From a bacterium (GTDB lineage: Bacteria; UBA8248), in NCBI GenBank assembly GCA_965199855.1, contig OZ241326.1:768001-832000 (forward strand): a DNA stretch of 64,000 bases. The letters run 5' to 3'. The translations under genes and the position numbers were made by a program. Positions 29,389 to 39,231 of this stretch are shown in pieces. The notes below the pieces were generated by a model. That model had not been told where the DNA came from, ran no database searches, and saw nothing but the letters and a program-made list of their open reading frames with translations. Position 1 is the stretch's first letter, and each line of letters begins with the position of its first letter.

Positions 29389-30829
29389 GCTTCGCGTCCG
29401 GTTGCTGGAAAGCGGCTCTTTTCCCCGGCGCTACCCTGAGAGGAGGGACTTTCACCGGCAAGCCTTCGGACTCGAAGAACTGCTCGATGGTGGCCACCTG
29501 AACGCGGGGAAACCTTCCGAAGTCGCATTCGTAAAAGCCCGCCGAGGCGGCCTGGGCCGTCATCGGCTGCGTCGGCGGCGCGAGCGTGATCAAAAAGCCC
29601 ATCGCCGCGCCTTCGGCGTCCAGGGTGGCCGTCAGCTCTCTGACCATGCCGACGCCGACGTTTTTGCCTCCCTTGACGGAAACAACGCAGAGTTCGTGTT
29701 TTTTCTCGCCCGTCATAATGTAGAAGAATCCATCTACGCCGCCGTCCGCCCCCTTCTTGCCCAAGCGCCATGGCTTGCCGTCGGGCATGAGGGTAACAGC
29801 CCAGAGTTCAAACTGATGCTTGTCCTGATCGGCCAAAGCGCGCGCGCCGGGGATATCCTGGGGCTGACCGTGAATCTCGTATCTCGCGCCCGGGAAAGCG
29901 CCTCGGAGCCGATCCCGAATCTCCCGAACGGCCAGATGGGTGATATCAATCCCCATCCATCGGCGGCCCAATTTCTCGGCCGCATGAACTGTCGTGCCGC
30001 AGCCGCAAAACGGGTCGAGCACCATATCGCCGGGGTTGGAGGAAGCCGAGACTATGCGCTCAAGCAGGGCGAGAGGCTTTTGCGTAGGATAGCCCAGACG
30101 CTCCCTTGATGAAGGCGCCAGAACAGGGATGCGCCAAACGGCGTCCAATGGAACGGCGGAATCTTCCCCGGTCTCCACTGTCGGATTTCTCGCCCCGCCT
30201 TCTCCAAAGGTTGCCCGCTGCCTTTTGCCCTTCCATCTTTTCCGGGAACTTTCCGACTGCTCGCGGTAAAGCTCGTTGAATGTTCCGGGCGCCGCGTTCC
30301 TGGAGTAATAAAGAATGATATCGTGCATTCGCTGAAACCTGCGCGCCTTCGTGGGCCAGCGACGATAGCTCCAGACAATCTCATTCCGGAAGCGATCTTT
30401 CCCGAACACGGCGTCCAGCAGAATTTTGAGATAATGGCTCGCCGTCGGGTCGCAGTGCAGGTAGAGGCTGCCCGTGGGCTTCAGCACCCGATGCAGTTCC
30501 AGCAGCCGCGCGGCCATCATCGCCAGATAGGCCATCATGTCGTTTTCACGCAAAAAAGAGCGCATCGCGTTCAGCATTCCGGCCGCGTCGGAATGACCCG
30601 AGCGCAATACCTCCTCGAAAGCCTCTTCCGCCTTCCGCCCCCAGTGCCAGGTGTCGTCGAACGCTTCGATCTGCGCGCCGCTGTTTTCTCCGGCGGGGGA
30701 CTTGAAAAGCACGTTGTATGCAGCGTTGGAATTGAACGGAGGATCGAGATAAATCAAATCCACGCTTTCATCGGGGACGCTTTCGCGCAGCACCGGCAGG
30801 TTGTCGCCATAGTAGAGCTGATTGGTCAT
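29369..30829 (-). CDS. Adenine/N4-cytosine DNA methyltransferase (beta class) with C-terminal restriction-endonuclease-like domain
   Basis: YLDPPFNS, YPTQKP, VLDPFCGCGTT; C-terminal GADGGVDG...VSVKGG. Confidence 0.88.
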   Translation of the reverse strand: MTNQLYYGDNLPVLRESVPDESVDLIYLDPPFNSNAAYNVLFKSPAGENSGAQIEAFDDTWHWGRKAEEAFEEVLRSGHSDAAGMLNAMRSFLRENDMMAYLAMMAARLLELHRVLKPTGSLYLHCDPTASHYLKILLDAVFGKDRFRNEIVWSYRRWPTKARRFQRMHDIILYYSRNAAPGTFNELYREQSESSRKRWKGKRQRATFGEGGARNPTVETGEDSAVPLDAVWRIPVLAPSSRERLGYPTQKPLALLERIVSASSNPGDMVLDPFCGCGTTVHAAEKLGRRWMGIDITHLAVREIRDRLRGAFPGARYEIHGQPQDIPGARALADQDKHQFELWAVTLMPDGKPWRLGKKGADGGVDGFFYIMTGEKKHELCVVSVKGGKNVGVGMVRELTATLDAEGAAMGFLITLAPPTQPMTAQAASAGFYECDFGRFPRVQVATIEQFFESEGLPVKVPPLRVAPGKRAAFQQPDAKQEELSI

Positions 30830-30926
30830 ATCGACGCGCCTCCGGTCATGTCCGCTCCGCCCGACCCTTCGCGCAACTTAAAGCAAACTCCGGCCGAAGG
30901 AAATCCCGCGCCGGGACAGGCGCGGG

Positions 30927-31028
30927 CGCGCCCGGCTTCGACGTCCTCTCTCGCCTCCGGCGACGGCCCGGAGGGGCATGACGCATCAATGCGGCCCCGG
31001 TGATTCCTTCATATCGACAACTCTTCCT
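30927..31028 (+). repeat. Direct repeat copy C
   Basis: Near-identical to 29287-29388 (offset 1640). Confidence 0.9.
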
Positions 31029-31357
31029 CCGCTCGAATCGTCGGCCCGCGCCGGGGCGTCCTCCCGCAGAAGAATACCATACGTTTCCCCGGCTCTTGCG
31101 GGGATGCGGAAAAATCGCCCCGGCCCCCTTCGCCGCGGGAAGCGGGGCGTCTCTCGCGGGAGGGGAAATCAGAGCCTTCGGGAGCCGCCGCCCTTCATCC
31201 GGTTCTCGTCGAAAAACCCCTCCGGCGGCCCGAATATGGCGATCAAGCGCGAAAGGAGCCGGCCCCGGCTTCTCGATGCCGGCCGTCCGCGCGGGGCTGT
31301 CTCCAATCCCGCCGTCGCCGCGCCGGCAAACGAAAGGGAGCGTCAAAACGTCCCCCC

Positions 31358-31927
31358 TCAAATGCGCTCCTCCAGGGCGCGGGCGGCCTCCGCGGTGATC
31401 TCCTCCACCTTCGCCAGCACGTCGGGATGGTCGAGGAGCGACTCGCGCACCTCGGCGAGAATCGCCATCTTGGCGGCGGCGAAGCCGTCCTCATACCGGA
31501 GCCTCAGCCGTCCCGCCGAGATGCGGGTGCGCTCGAGGGCGTTCACCATCCCCGCGAGCTTCTCCGGCGTGAGCTCCTCGAAGGATTCGCTCCTCATGCG
31601 CGAGACGGCCTCGACCGCCTGCGCCATCAGCATCCGCCGGGCGGCGGCCGCCGCCTTCTCGCCCGGGTCGCTCCCCTCGCCGTCGTAGGCGACGACCTCC
31701 TCGATGAGCTCGTCCACCATGGCCTCCACGCGCCTGCTCCTGCGGATGGCCGCGCGCAGCCTGCCGTTGCGGTTCTTCATCGAGCTGATGGAGATGCTCT
31801 CTCCCGTCGCCTCCTCGAAGGCGCGCGCCACCTCCCTGTAGGGCTTCCCGGCGGCGAGCATGGAATCGACCAGCTCCTCGGCGCCGTATTCCACGATCTT
31901 CGACCTGCGGCCCCGCTTTCTCTCCAT
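31358..31927 (-). CDS. Mu gp27/DUF3486-family protein (putative small terminase)
   Basis: RGRRSKI, N-terminal HTH (YREVARAF...ISISS), long helical C-terminus; TGATG coupling with upstream gene. Confidence 0.7.
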   Translation of the reverse strand: MERKRGRRSKIVEYGAEELVDSMLAAGKPYREVARAFEEATGESISISSMKNRNGRLRAAIRRSRRVEAMVDELIEEVVAYDGEGSDPGEKAAAAARRMLMAQAVEAVSRMRSESFEELTPEKLAGMVNALERTRISAGRLRLRYEDGFAAAKMAILAEVRESLLDHPDVLAKVEEITAEAARALEERI

Positions 31928-32259
31928 CACAGCGCCCCCGCGAGAATGTCCGCCGGAAGCGGCACCGCGCCCTCGAGCGCGCCCCGCCCCCGGCGGGTGA
32001 GGTGCGCCTCGTAGTCCGTCAGCAGGCGGCCGAACCCCTCCGGGGAGCGCTTCTCCACGAGGCCCCGGCGCGCCAGATCGTCCACGAACGCCTCGAGCGT
32101 CTCGCGGCCCAGGGGCGCGCCCTCCTCGTGGTGGCCCGCCTCGCGCAGCGCGCTCCACAGGAGGAGGCTGCCCACGCTCGCCCCCGCGTGAAAGGCGTCC
32201 TGGTAGTAGAGCGTCTTCAGGATGTCGCCGCGCAGAACGCGGGCGGTCAGTTCGTTCAC
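31927..32259 (-). CDS. Mu gp26-like winged-helix protein
   Basis: LRGDILKTL, DLARRGLVE, AHLTRRGR...EG; GGAGG RBS; precedes gp27-like gene. Confidence 0.65.
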   Translation of the reverse strand: MNELTARVLRGDILKTLYYQDAFHAGASVGSLLLWSALREAGHHEEGAPLGRETLEAFVDDLARRGLVEKRSPEGFGRLLTDYEAHLTRRGRGALEGAVPLPADILAGAL

Positions 32260-32384
32260 GATTGCAGCCTCCCGAACGGTCCGGATGCGGCGCGGGCGCG
32301 CCCGGCCCCGATGGCGCGGCGCGCGCGGGCGCGTTTGAGAAAAAGGCGCGCGAGGCGCATGATCGGGGAGAGGAGGAGCGACCG

Positions 32385-32792
32385 TTGCGCGCGAGCCGTC
32401 CGAAAATCATCCTCTGCGCCCTGTGCGCCGCGCCGCTCCTCTGGCTTTCCGCCGCCCCCGCCCTGGGCCACGGCGAGGAGGAAATCCTCCTGTTCGTCTC
32501 CATGGCGGACGAGCCGAACCTGCTCCGCGTCTCGACCGCCCTCGTGGGCGGCCTCATTCTCGCGCTGGGCGCGCTCATCCTGCGCCAGACGCGCGCCGGG
32601 GCGGGAGAGGAAGCGGGCGCCCCGCGCCTCAAGCGCATGGCGCCGGGGCTGGTCGCCGCGGGGCTGGGCGCCGCCATCCTGCTCACGGCCGCCTTCATCC
32701 TCCCCGAGCGGATTCCGGTGTTCCACGATCACCCCGTCCCCGGCGACGCCGGAGGCGGGCGAGAGGACGCGCCGCGGCCCTCGCCGCAATGA
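32385..32792 (+). CDS. Small membrane protein (signal peptide plus 2 TM)
   Basis: TTG after AGGAGGAG; three hydrophobic segments. Confidence 0.55.
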   Translation: MRASRPKIILCALCAAPLLWLSAAPALGHGEEEILLFVSMADEPNLLRVSTALVGGLILALGALILRQTRAGAGEEAGAPRLKRMAPGLVAAGLGAAILLTAAFILPERIPVFHDHPVPGDAGGGREDAPRPSPQ

Positions 32793-32827
32793 CGCCGAAA
32801 GACGGAAGCCGTCCGCCGCGTCAGCCC

Positions 32828-33262
32828 TCACTTCGCCCGCCCTCCGATCTTCTCCACGGTGCGGAGCGCGCCGAGTCCCAGCATCCCGAGGGTGAGCTCC
32901 ATGAGCCCGTCCGCCGCGACGGGATAGGGGACGAGCTCCCCCGTCATGATTACCTGGCGCGTCCACAGCCAGGCGCCCAGGGCGAACTGCGGGATGAAAT
33001 AGAACGCGAGCGAGACCCCGCACGTCCACAGGATGAACGGCCGGCCCCCCGCCACGAAGGGCGAGCGGTGCGCGGCCTCGATCTTCGCGATCTCCGCCTG
33101 CGCCTCCGCCGGCTTCATCATGATCTTCATCTTCAGGGCCTCGGCGGCCCGCTTCTCCTCCGGCGTCTCCACGAAGCGGTCGATCACGTTCGCCACGCCC
33201 TCGGCCGCCGTCGCCACGCTCGCCGCGCCTCCGCCCAGCAGCCCGCCCAGAAAGCCGATCAT
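32828..33262 (-). CDS. 3TM-type holin (DUF3154/GTA_holin_3TM family)
   Basis: EAAHRSPFVAGGRPFILWTCG, LGMLGLGALRTVEK; ATGA overlap with lysozyme. Confidence 0.8.
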   Translation of the reverse strand: MIGFLGGLLGGGAASVATAAEGVANVIDRFVETPEEKRAAEALKMKIMMKPAEAQAEIAKIEAAHRSPFVAGGRPFILWTCGVSLAFYFIPQFALGAWLWTRQVIMTGELVPYPVAADGLMELTLGMLGLGALRTVEKIGGRAK

Positions 33263-33723
33263 CTCCTCTCTCCTCCTCTCCCGGACTCCGGCGATTTCCT
33301 CGCCGTTCCCTCCGCCTCCCGCAGCCCCGCCGCCACGCGCGCCGCGCGCGCGGGCGCCTGCCGCGCGTATTCCGAATCGAGCGCCTCGGCCGCGGCGCGC
33401 CCATAGTCGCCGCGCGCCAGCGCCGCCCACATCCTCCGAAAGCCCAGCAGGGCGGGGACGCCCATGTTGTAGGCCATGTCGAGCAGCGCCTCCCGCGCGG
33501 CGGGGGCGAGGCGCCCGAAGACCGCCCCCCGCTCCGAGCGCGCCACCTCCTCCGCCATCGCGCCCAGGCGGTGGCGAAGGAGCAGCTCCGCCTCCGCCTC
33601 GCTCACGCCCTCCTCCAGCAGCGTTCCGTAGCCGATGGTCGCGTTCCCCAGATGGTCGAGATAGATTTTTCGGGAAAATCCCTCCTCGCGCTTGACGCGC
33701 TCGACCAGTTCGTCCGTGATCAT
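33259..33723 (-). CDS. Phage lysozyme (GH24-like)
   Basis: EEGFSRKIYLDHLGNATIGYG (E-x8-D-x5-T catalytic pattern), DMAYNMG, RQAPARA. Confidence 0.9.
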   Translation of the reverse strand: MITDELVERVKREEGFSRKIYLDHLGNATIGYGTLLEEGVSEAEAELLLRHRLGAMAEEVARSERGAVFGRLAPAAREALLDMAYNMGVPALLGFRRMWAALARGDYGRAAAEALDSEYARQAPARAARVAAGLREAEGTARKSPESGRGGERR

Positions 33724-33800
33724 GCGAGCCTCCTTTTTCGGGTCTGCGGCCTTTCCCGGCGTCCCGCGCCTCTTTCGCCGGACGCCGCCACCGCGGGAGG

Positions 33801-33851
33801 ATTCTAGCCGCGCCCCGCCCCTCTCCCGCGATCGCAGATGCGGGCAAATGC
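33801..33851 (-). promoter_or_regulatory. Putative activator-dependent late promoter 3 (lysis module)
   Basis: GCATTTGC-CC-GCATCTGC (+ strand 33834-33851), 27 nt gap, then -10 TAGAAT (33801-33806). Confidence 0.7.
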
Positions 33852-34050
33852 GCGCAGGCGCGGCCTTTCTTCCGAAAAAAGAACGCCCGCCGCTCCCGAA
33901 GGCGGAGGGCGCGGCCTCCGCCGGGCGGCGGCGCGCGCGGGGGGTTGGGTTCGCGCGCGAGGCGCGCTAGAATGGCGGACGCCGGACCGGGGAATCGATC
34001 ACAGGGGCCGCTTCGGGAGAAGCCGCCGCCCGACACTGGGGAGATGAACG

Positions 34051-34542
34051 ATGAAGAAATGGATGAGCGTCGCGCTGGCAGCCGCATTCGCCCTGGGGCT
34101 CGCCGGATGCGGCCCCGGCAAGGGGCAGTTCAACAAGCAGACGGGCGGGACCATCATCGGCGGCATCGCGGGCGGAGTCCTGGGCTCCAAGATCGGCAAG
34201 GGCCGAGGCCGCGCCATCGCCACCATCGGGGGCGCCATCATCGGCGGCCTGCTGGGCGGCGCCGTCGGCTCGCAGCTCGACGAGCGCGACCGGATGCTCA
34301 TGGCGCGCAGCACGCAGACCACCCTCGAGAAGGGCAAATCCGGCGTGGCGACCAGGTGGGTGAACCCCGACAGCGGCAACCGGGGCGCCATCATCCCCAG
34401 GCGCGCCTACAGGGTCAGGCGGGGGTCGAAAGAGGCGTATTGCCGCGAGTTCCAGCAGACCATCACCGTGGGCGGCAAGACCGAGCGCGCCTACGGACGC
34501 GCCTGCCGCCAGCCCGACGGGAGCTGGAAGATCGAGCGGTAG
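34051..34542 (+). CDS. 17 kDa surface antigen-type glycine-zipper lipoprotein (RT0821/Lpp0805 family)
   Basis: LAGC lipobox, glycine zipper, WVNPDSG, CREFQQTI, GRACRQPDGSW. Confidence 0.9.
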   Translation: MKKWMSVALAAAFALGLAGCGPGKGQFNKQTGGTIIGGIAGGVLGSKIGKGRGRAIATIGGAIIGGLLGGAVGSQLDERDRMLMARSTQTTLEKGKSGVATRWVNPDSGNRGAIIPRRAYRVRRGSKEAYCREFQQTITVGGKTERAYGRACRQPDGSWKIER

Positions 34543-34730
34543 GCGCCGCCTCTTTTCGGAGCCGTCGAACCCCCGGGCGCGCGCTCATGCGTCCGGGGGG
34601 AGCGAGCCGGCCTCCGCAGGGGGCGGAAGCCGCGATTCGCGCTCGCGCCGCGGCCCTGCTACAATCAAGCGGGGGCTGATGAACGCGCGCGCAGGCGCGC
34701 CCCGCATCCCCGGCGCAAGGAGGCCGACGC

Positions 34731-35231
34731 ATGGTTTCCGATCAGACGCGAAACGAGGTTTGGCAGGATCTTCTGGACGTCTCGCGCCTCGTCCGCTACT
34801 ACGACGCGCTCTCCGACGTTCACCGGCGCAACCACGCGATCATCCGGTTCGTCCTGCTCGCCGCCGCGGCGGGCGGAATCGCCGCTCTGCTCGACCTGCT
34901 TCCGCCGATCGCCCAGCTCGCCGCGAGCGGATTCATCGCCCTGGTCGTCGCCTGGGACTTCGCGTCCGACTACGCCAGGAAGGCCGCCGTCCTGCACACG
35001 ATCAGCCTCGAATGCGGCCTGCTGGAAATCGAATGGCGCGACCTGTGGAACGACGCCAACAATCCCGACGCGAGCGACGACGAGGTGCGGGAGAGGAACG
35101 CGCATCTGTCGCGGAGAATCGCCGGCGCGACCGGGCGGGCGGGAGACGCCGGCATCCGCGAGAACCGCAAGCTGAACGAGGAATGCGAGAGAGCGGCATA
35201 CAGGATAATAGAAGACAAATATGCCGCCTGA
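34731..35231 (+). CDS. 2-TM hypothetical protein, SLATT-like architecture
   Basis: N-terminal helix with RYY, two TM segments, helical C-terminus. Confidence 0.55.
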   Translation: MVSDQTRNEVWQDLLDVSRLVRYYDALSDVHRRNHAIIRFVLLAAAAGGIAALLDLLPPIAQLAASGFIALVVAWDFASDYARKAAVLHTISLECGLLEIEWRDLWNDANNPDASDDEVRERNAHLSRRIAGATGRAGDAGIRENRKLNEECERAAYRIIEDKYAA

Positions 35232-35349
35232 AGAATCCATCCGCGAAATCGCCGAAAGCGGCAAGCCCCAGAGACCGGGCAAGACGACCCCTCCGAAGCC
35301 CGAAGAGACGCCGCAGCCCCGAAACGGCGAAGAGCGTCCCCGGCCCTAG
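35221..35349 (+). CDS. Small Pro-rich peptide (42 aa)
   Basis: MPPEESIREIAESGKPQRPGKTTPPKPEETPQPRNGEERPRP*, overlapping upstream stop. Confidence 0.35.
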   Translation: MPPEESIREIAESGKPQRPGKTTPPKPEETPQPRNGEERPRP

Positions 35350-35424
35350 CCGGGGGGCTTTCGGCTTCAGGAGACGCGCGCGACGGGAAAGGAACCCCAC
35401 CTCCGCGCGTCCGGCAGGATCGCT

Positions 35425-35817
35425 TCAATCGCGCAAAAATCTCCTGAGCCTCCGCCGAAGAACGGCGGATTCTTCCTTCAGCTGGCACTCCCAAATGACG
35501 AGAATCCGCCATCCGGCCTTTCTGAGCTCGCGCGCGTTGCGCTTGTCTCTCGTCTTGTTTCTGGCCAGCTTGCCGTTCCAGTATTCAAGGTTGGATTTCG
35601 GGGTGTTTCTTCCGGCCCTGCAATCATGGCCGTGCCAGAAGCAGCCATGAAGGAATATCACGCGCTTTTTGCCGACGAAAACAACGTCAGGCTTTCCCGG
35701 AAGCTTCTTGTAGTGAACCCGGTATCCGCGATAGCCCATGGCGTAAATCAGCTTTCTGAGCCGCAATTCGGGCGCAGTATTCTTGCTTCGCACCTTTCGC
35801 ATGTGCGGTCGGTTCAT
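35425..35817 (-). CDS. vsr: Very short patch repair endonuclease
   Basis: MRKVRSKNTAPE, LPGKPD, FLHGCFWHGH, VIWECQ. Confidence 0.92.
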   Translation of the reverse strand: MNRPHMRKVRSKNTAPELRLRKLIYAMGYRGYRVHYKKLPGKPDVVFVGKKRVIFLHGCFWHGHDCRAGRNTPKSNLEYWNGKLARNKTRDKRNARELRKAGWRILVIWECQLKEESAVLRRRLRRFLRD

Positions 35818-35820
35818 CGC

Positions 35821-36558
35821 TCATACTCGCTCTATCCAGTCCTCCTTGAAGCCGATCAGATTCAAAACGCGCTCGGGTTCCAATGGCTCAACGGGACGCT
35901 TGACGCGGAATTTGCGCGCCGACCCGGGAACGGGCTTGATAATCGTGAACTGGGCGCCGTGCGGCTGCCATGTGAATTGATGCTCGCGGCCGGATTTCTC
36001 GAATCCTTCCAGGTTTTTGCGCCTGTTGAGCTCCCAGTAATAATTGCTCGGGACGTATCTCGACGCTTCGGACTCGAACAGAACGAACTCCAGGCTGGCC
36101 ATGCTTCTAATCAGGACGGCGACGCGCAAATCATCGTATTCGGCGAATGACTGATTCACTCGACCATTCCAGATTCCGAGAACCGCCTCGCCGGTTTTTT
36201 CAACGTCCGAGAGAGGGTCCGTTATGCCGTAGGAATAAACGGGAGAGTTCCGGCCTGAAATGAGCCGGACGTTCAGCAACTCAAAAGGCTTTGGGGCCTG
36301 GACAGTTTTGACCGACCAGGAGCAGTTTCCCCAGACTACGTCGGTTACGCCAATGGGATTCTTGAGGTGATTTCCATCAATGGCGGCCGCGAATATATCT
36401 CCAAAGTCGTCTCCGCTGATGTTCGTCTGCCCTACCGCCAGCCTGTGGACAATCCGGCGGCCGATTTCAACGACGATCTCATCCGGAAACTCGCCGAGCG
36501 GATACGGGCCTCTACGCGCTCTTGACGCGCCTCTCAGCTTCGGACCCCTTGACGACAT
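35821..36558 (-). CDS. Putative type II restriction endonuclease
   Basis: Between C5-MTase and vsr; TDVVW...SVKT PD-(D/E)xK-like motif; low GC. Confidence 0.65.
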   Translation of the reverse strand: MSSRGPKLRGASRARRGPYPLGEFPDEIVVEIGRRIVHRLAVGQTNISGDDFGDIFAAAIDGNHLKNPIGVTDVVWGNCSWSVKTVQAPKPFELLNVRLISGRNSPVYSYGITDPLSDVEKTGEAVLGIWNGRVNQSFAEYDDLRVAVLIRSMASLEFVLFESEASRYVPSNYYWELNRRKNLEGFEKSGREHQFTWQPHGAQFTIIKPVPGSARKFRVKRPVEPLEPERVLNLIGFKEDWIERV

Positions 36559-37525
36559 CTAAAATCCCTTCCATGCCGGCGAGGGCGAGCGGGACGGGAA
36601 TGGCGTTGCCGGCCTGTTTGCGCGTCTGCGCGTCATTGCACGCGAGCTCGAACGAATCCGGAAAGCCCTGAAGCCTCAGCATCTCTCTCGGCGTCAATCG
36701 CCTCTCGCCGTCCACCAACAGGTAATTGTAGGACGCTCCGGCTCTCAGGGCGCAAGAATAAGGGTAGCTGGAAACATTGCCGGCCTTGTTTTCGTGCCAG
36801 ACGCCGGGCCGGTGCGCGCTTCGATGCGCGTCCCGTCGCCGCCGCCGGATGCGTTCGCTGGCGTAGTGTTTCGGAGCGGGATTTTCCTCAAGAATCTCCG
36901 CGAGCGGCTTCCTCGGCCTGCCGCCCGACGGCCAGGGGAATTCCTCAAAAGCGTCCAGCGTCGCCGCAATCAGGACGCGCTCCCGCTTTTGGGGCAATCC
37001 ATAGTCGAGGACGTTCAAAACCTTCCAGGAAACCGTATAGCGAAGCTCTTCCAGAGCCTCTAACACGCGCTCCAGAATAGCGCCCTTGTTCAGGGTCGTA
37101 AGCTGCTTGACGTTTTCCAGGATGACGGCTCTCGGCCGCTTCTCGCTCAGTATCCTCACTATCTCGAAAAACAGCGTCCCCCGGATGTCGTCGAACCCTT
37201 TTCTGTGGCCGATAATCGAAAACGGCTGGCAGGGAAAGCCCGCGCAAAACAGATCGTGGTCGGGAATTTCCTCGGCCCGGACTTTGGAAATGTCTCCTCT
37301 CGGAGTCAATCCGAAGTTATGCGCATACGCTCTTCGGGCCTCGGCGTCGATGTCGCAGGCGAATACGCAGCGCATCCCGAAGGATTGGGCGGCTAAATGA
37401 AATCCCCCTATCCCGCAAAACATGTCCACGAAGGTTTGCAGCCCGAAGGCGCCGGAGGCGCGAGCCGGAAGCGCGGCGCGCCTGGCGAGGCGGGAAAAGT
37501 CCGCCATTGGATGGTTCTCGCTCAT
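36512..37525 (-). CDS. DNA cytosine-5 methyltransferase
   Basis: DMFCGIGG, GFPCQPFS, ENVK, QKRER, RLQGFP, QAGNAI. Confidence 0.95.
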   Translation of the reverse strand: MSENHPMADFSRLARRAALPARASGAFGLQTFVDMFCGIGGFHLAAQSFGMRCVFACDIDAEARRAYAHNFGLTPRGDISKVRAEEIPDHDLFCAGFPCQPFSIIGHRKGFDDIRGTLFFEIVRILSEKRPRAVILENVKQLTTLNKGAILERVLEALEELRYTVSWKVLNVLDYGLPQKRERVLIAATLDAFEEFPWPSGGRPRKPLAEILEENPAPKHYASERIRRRRRDAHRSAHRPGVWHENKAGNVSSYPYSCALRAGASYNYLLVDGERRLTPREMLRLQGFPDSFELACNDAQTRKQAGNAIPVPLALAGMEGILDVVKGSEAERRVKSA

Positions 37526-38148
37526 CCGCTCAACGCCTTGACAAGCGATCCTTCCACCTTCCGGGCCTCAACAGCGGCGATTCCGGAATGCGTCATGGCT
37601 CTCGGAGTGCTCCAGGTTGAAAGGGCGGGTTCTCTACGCGAAGTCATTGCCGGCAGGATATCAATATATCCGTCAAGGCGCAAGGAAACCTTGCGCCGCG
37701 CTTCATCGAGATTCTTTCCCGTTTCGTTGTATATCCGACGAGCGCGTTCCACAGCCTGTTCCGCCGGAGCAGCTCGTCCACGCCCGCCTTCGGAAAAGAA
37801 TCGGCGAACGCGGCCCTGCCCTTTTCGGGATTGATGAGAACCGCGCCGCATTGATATGCGCGGGTCGTCTCCCTCGCTTCCATCTCGCGCGCCTCCCGGG
37901 CGCGGGCGGAGAGTTTCCCGATGGGTGAGCGGGGCAGGATAAAGGGCGGCGGAGAAGCGCGTCAACGCGCCCGGCGCGCGGGCGGGGAGGCGGCCGACCG
38001 GAGAAACGAAAAACCCCCCGGAGGAGCCGAGGGGTCTTTCCCGATGCCGGCGATGCTCGGGGATTCGCTAGAATCCGGGGTCCTCATCCTTCTCGTATCG
38101 GTGGTTCATGGGGCGTCCTCCTTGGTAAGAATGGTTTATATCTGGCCG

Positions 38149-39231
38149 TCAAGCGTTTTGGCCAGTTTTGGCGTCCTTTTCTGTTCCGATTCGAGATTTT
38201 CTGCTTCTTGCTGTATTGCTCTTCCCAGATTCTTGGCGTCCATCATCCACCTTGGGATTTCCTTCTTTTTTCTCTCGTTTTGGTCTTGCATCTCGATTGT
38301 CATCATCAGAAGCGCCCCCTTCCATCGTATAACATTTATCCAGCCTTGCGACATAGCAAGGCCTTTGCGGAGAATAAACCACAGAACCCAGTTCTTCAAT
38401 CAAGGAGGAAACATCTTCCGTCGGTTCGGTCACCTTGTTGAAAAGTTTCTCGGCTTCCGAACGGTCAATGATGAAATCGTGCGATGGATAGTCCTCAACC
38501 AAGCTTCGGACAGTTCTCTGTTTTGCATTTTGCCCATGCTCAACCAGTCTCTCTCCATACGCCGTTGCGACACGAAGATTGCGCAAATCGCTTCCCAAGG
38601 CTTCGGGATCAACCTGGGCATAAACGGGTGTCATAACACCCGTAGCAATCGTCGTGGCGATGCGAGACGCTACTTCAAAACTGATCGCTTGCCTACTGTT
38701 TATCGTGATATCTATCATCACTTGCGAGTAAACTTTCCATGTTTCTTCAGCGAGACCTTCAAGAGCGGTTCGGACGACCAAGCCGGATCTTCTCTGTCCA
38801 AGCTCGTCCCGCCGCACAAGCTGAACGTCAAGAGGACCAAGCTCGGCTATCCCAGTCATTACAATCTCGTTGGCGCCAAGTGCGATAAGAGTTCCCGCGC
38901 TCTTACAGATATCCGCGATGCACAGGCGGAAATTCTCAAAAGTATTTTGAAATAATCTCGCGATTTGGTAGGCGGCAGCTGCTTCTCCTCCATGAGTTGC
39001 CAGCAGTAGAAACGCATTTGGTTTGAAGGGTTGTGCCTCAGATGGCTGCATGGATTCAATAAGTTGCCCAAAACCCTTTGAATCAATGATACCGCTATAG
39101 ACAAATACGCTCGCATCAAAAGCTTCAGAAACCGCATTCGCAATACGGTTCGTTTCCGTCACCTGCTCGCCACCTTCCTTTCGCGACTGCTCTGGCAATG
39201 TCCTGCCCTCTAATAAAATGATAGGCTTCAA
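38149..39231 (-). CDS. SDH-family Clp-fold serine protease (start may be GTG near 39162)
   Basis: THGGEAAAAY, CKSAGTLIALGA, ELGPLDVQ, DYPSHDFII; very low GC. Confidence 0.8.
   Translation of the reverse strand: MKPIILLEGRTLPEQSRKEGGEQVTETNRIANAVSEAFDASVFVYSGIIDSKGFGQLIESMQPSEAQPFKPNAFLLLATHGGEAAAAYQIARLFQNTFENFRLCIADICKSAGTLIALGANEIVMTGIAELGPLDVQLVRRDELGQRRSGLVVRTALEGLAEETWKVYSQVMIDITINSRQAISFEVASRIATTIATGVMTPVYAQVDPEALGSDLRNLRVATAYGERLVEHGQNAKQRTVRSLVEDYPSHDFIIDRSEAEKLFNKVTEPTEDVSSLIEELGSVVYSPQRPCYVARLDKCYTMEGGASDDDNRDARPKREKKEGNPKVDDGRQESGKSNTARSRKSRIGTEKDAKTGQNA

Noticed and set aside
28122-31028. Integron cassette array
   Set aside because: Repeats are copies of local gene ends, lack attC RYYYAAC/GTTRRRY ends, and there is no intI
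37522-37965. Short overlapping ORFs upstream of the C5 MTase
   Set aside because: Possibly a frameshifted remnant, but no recognisable family; not called
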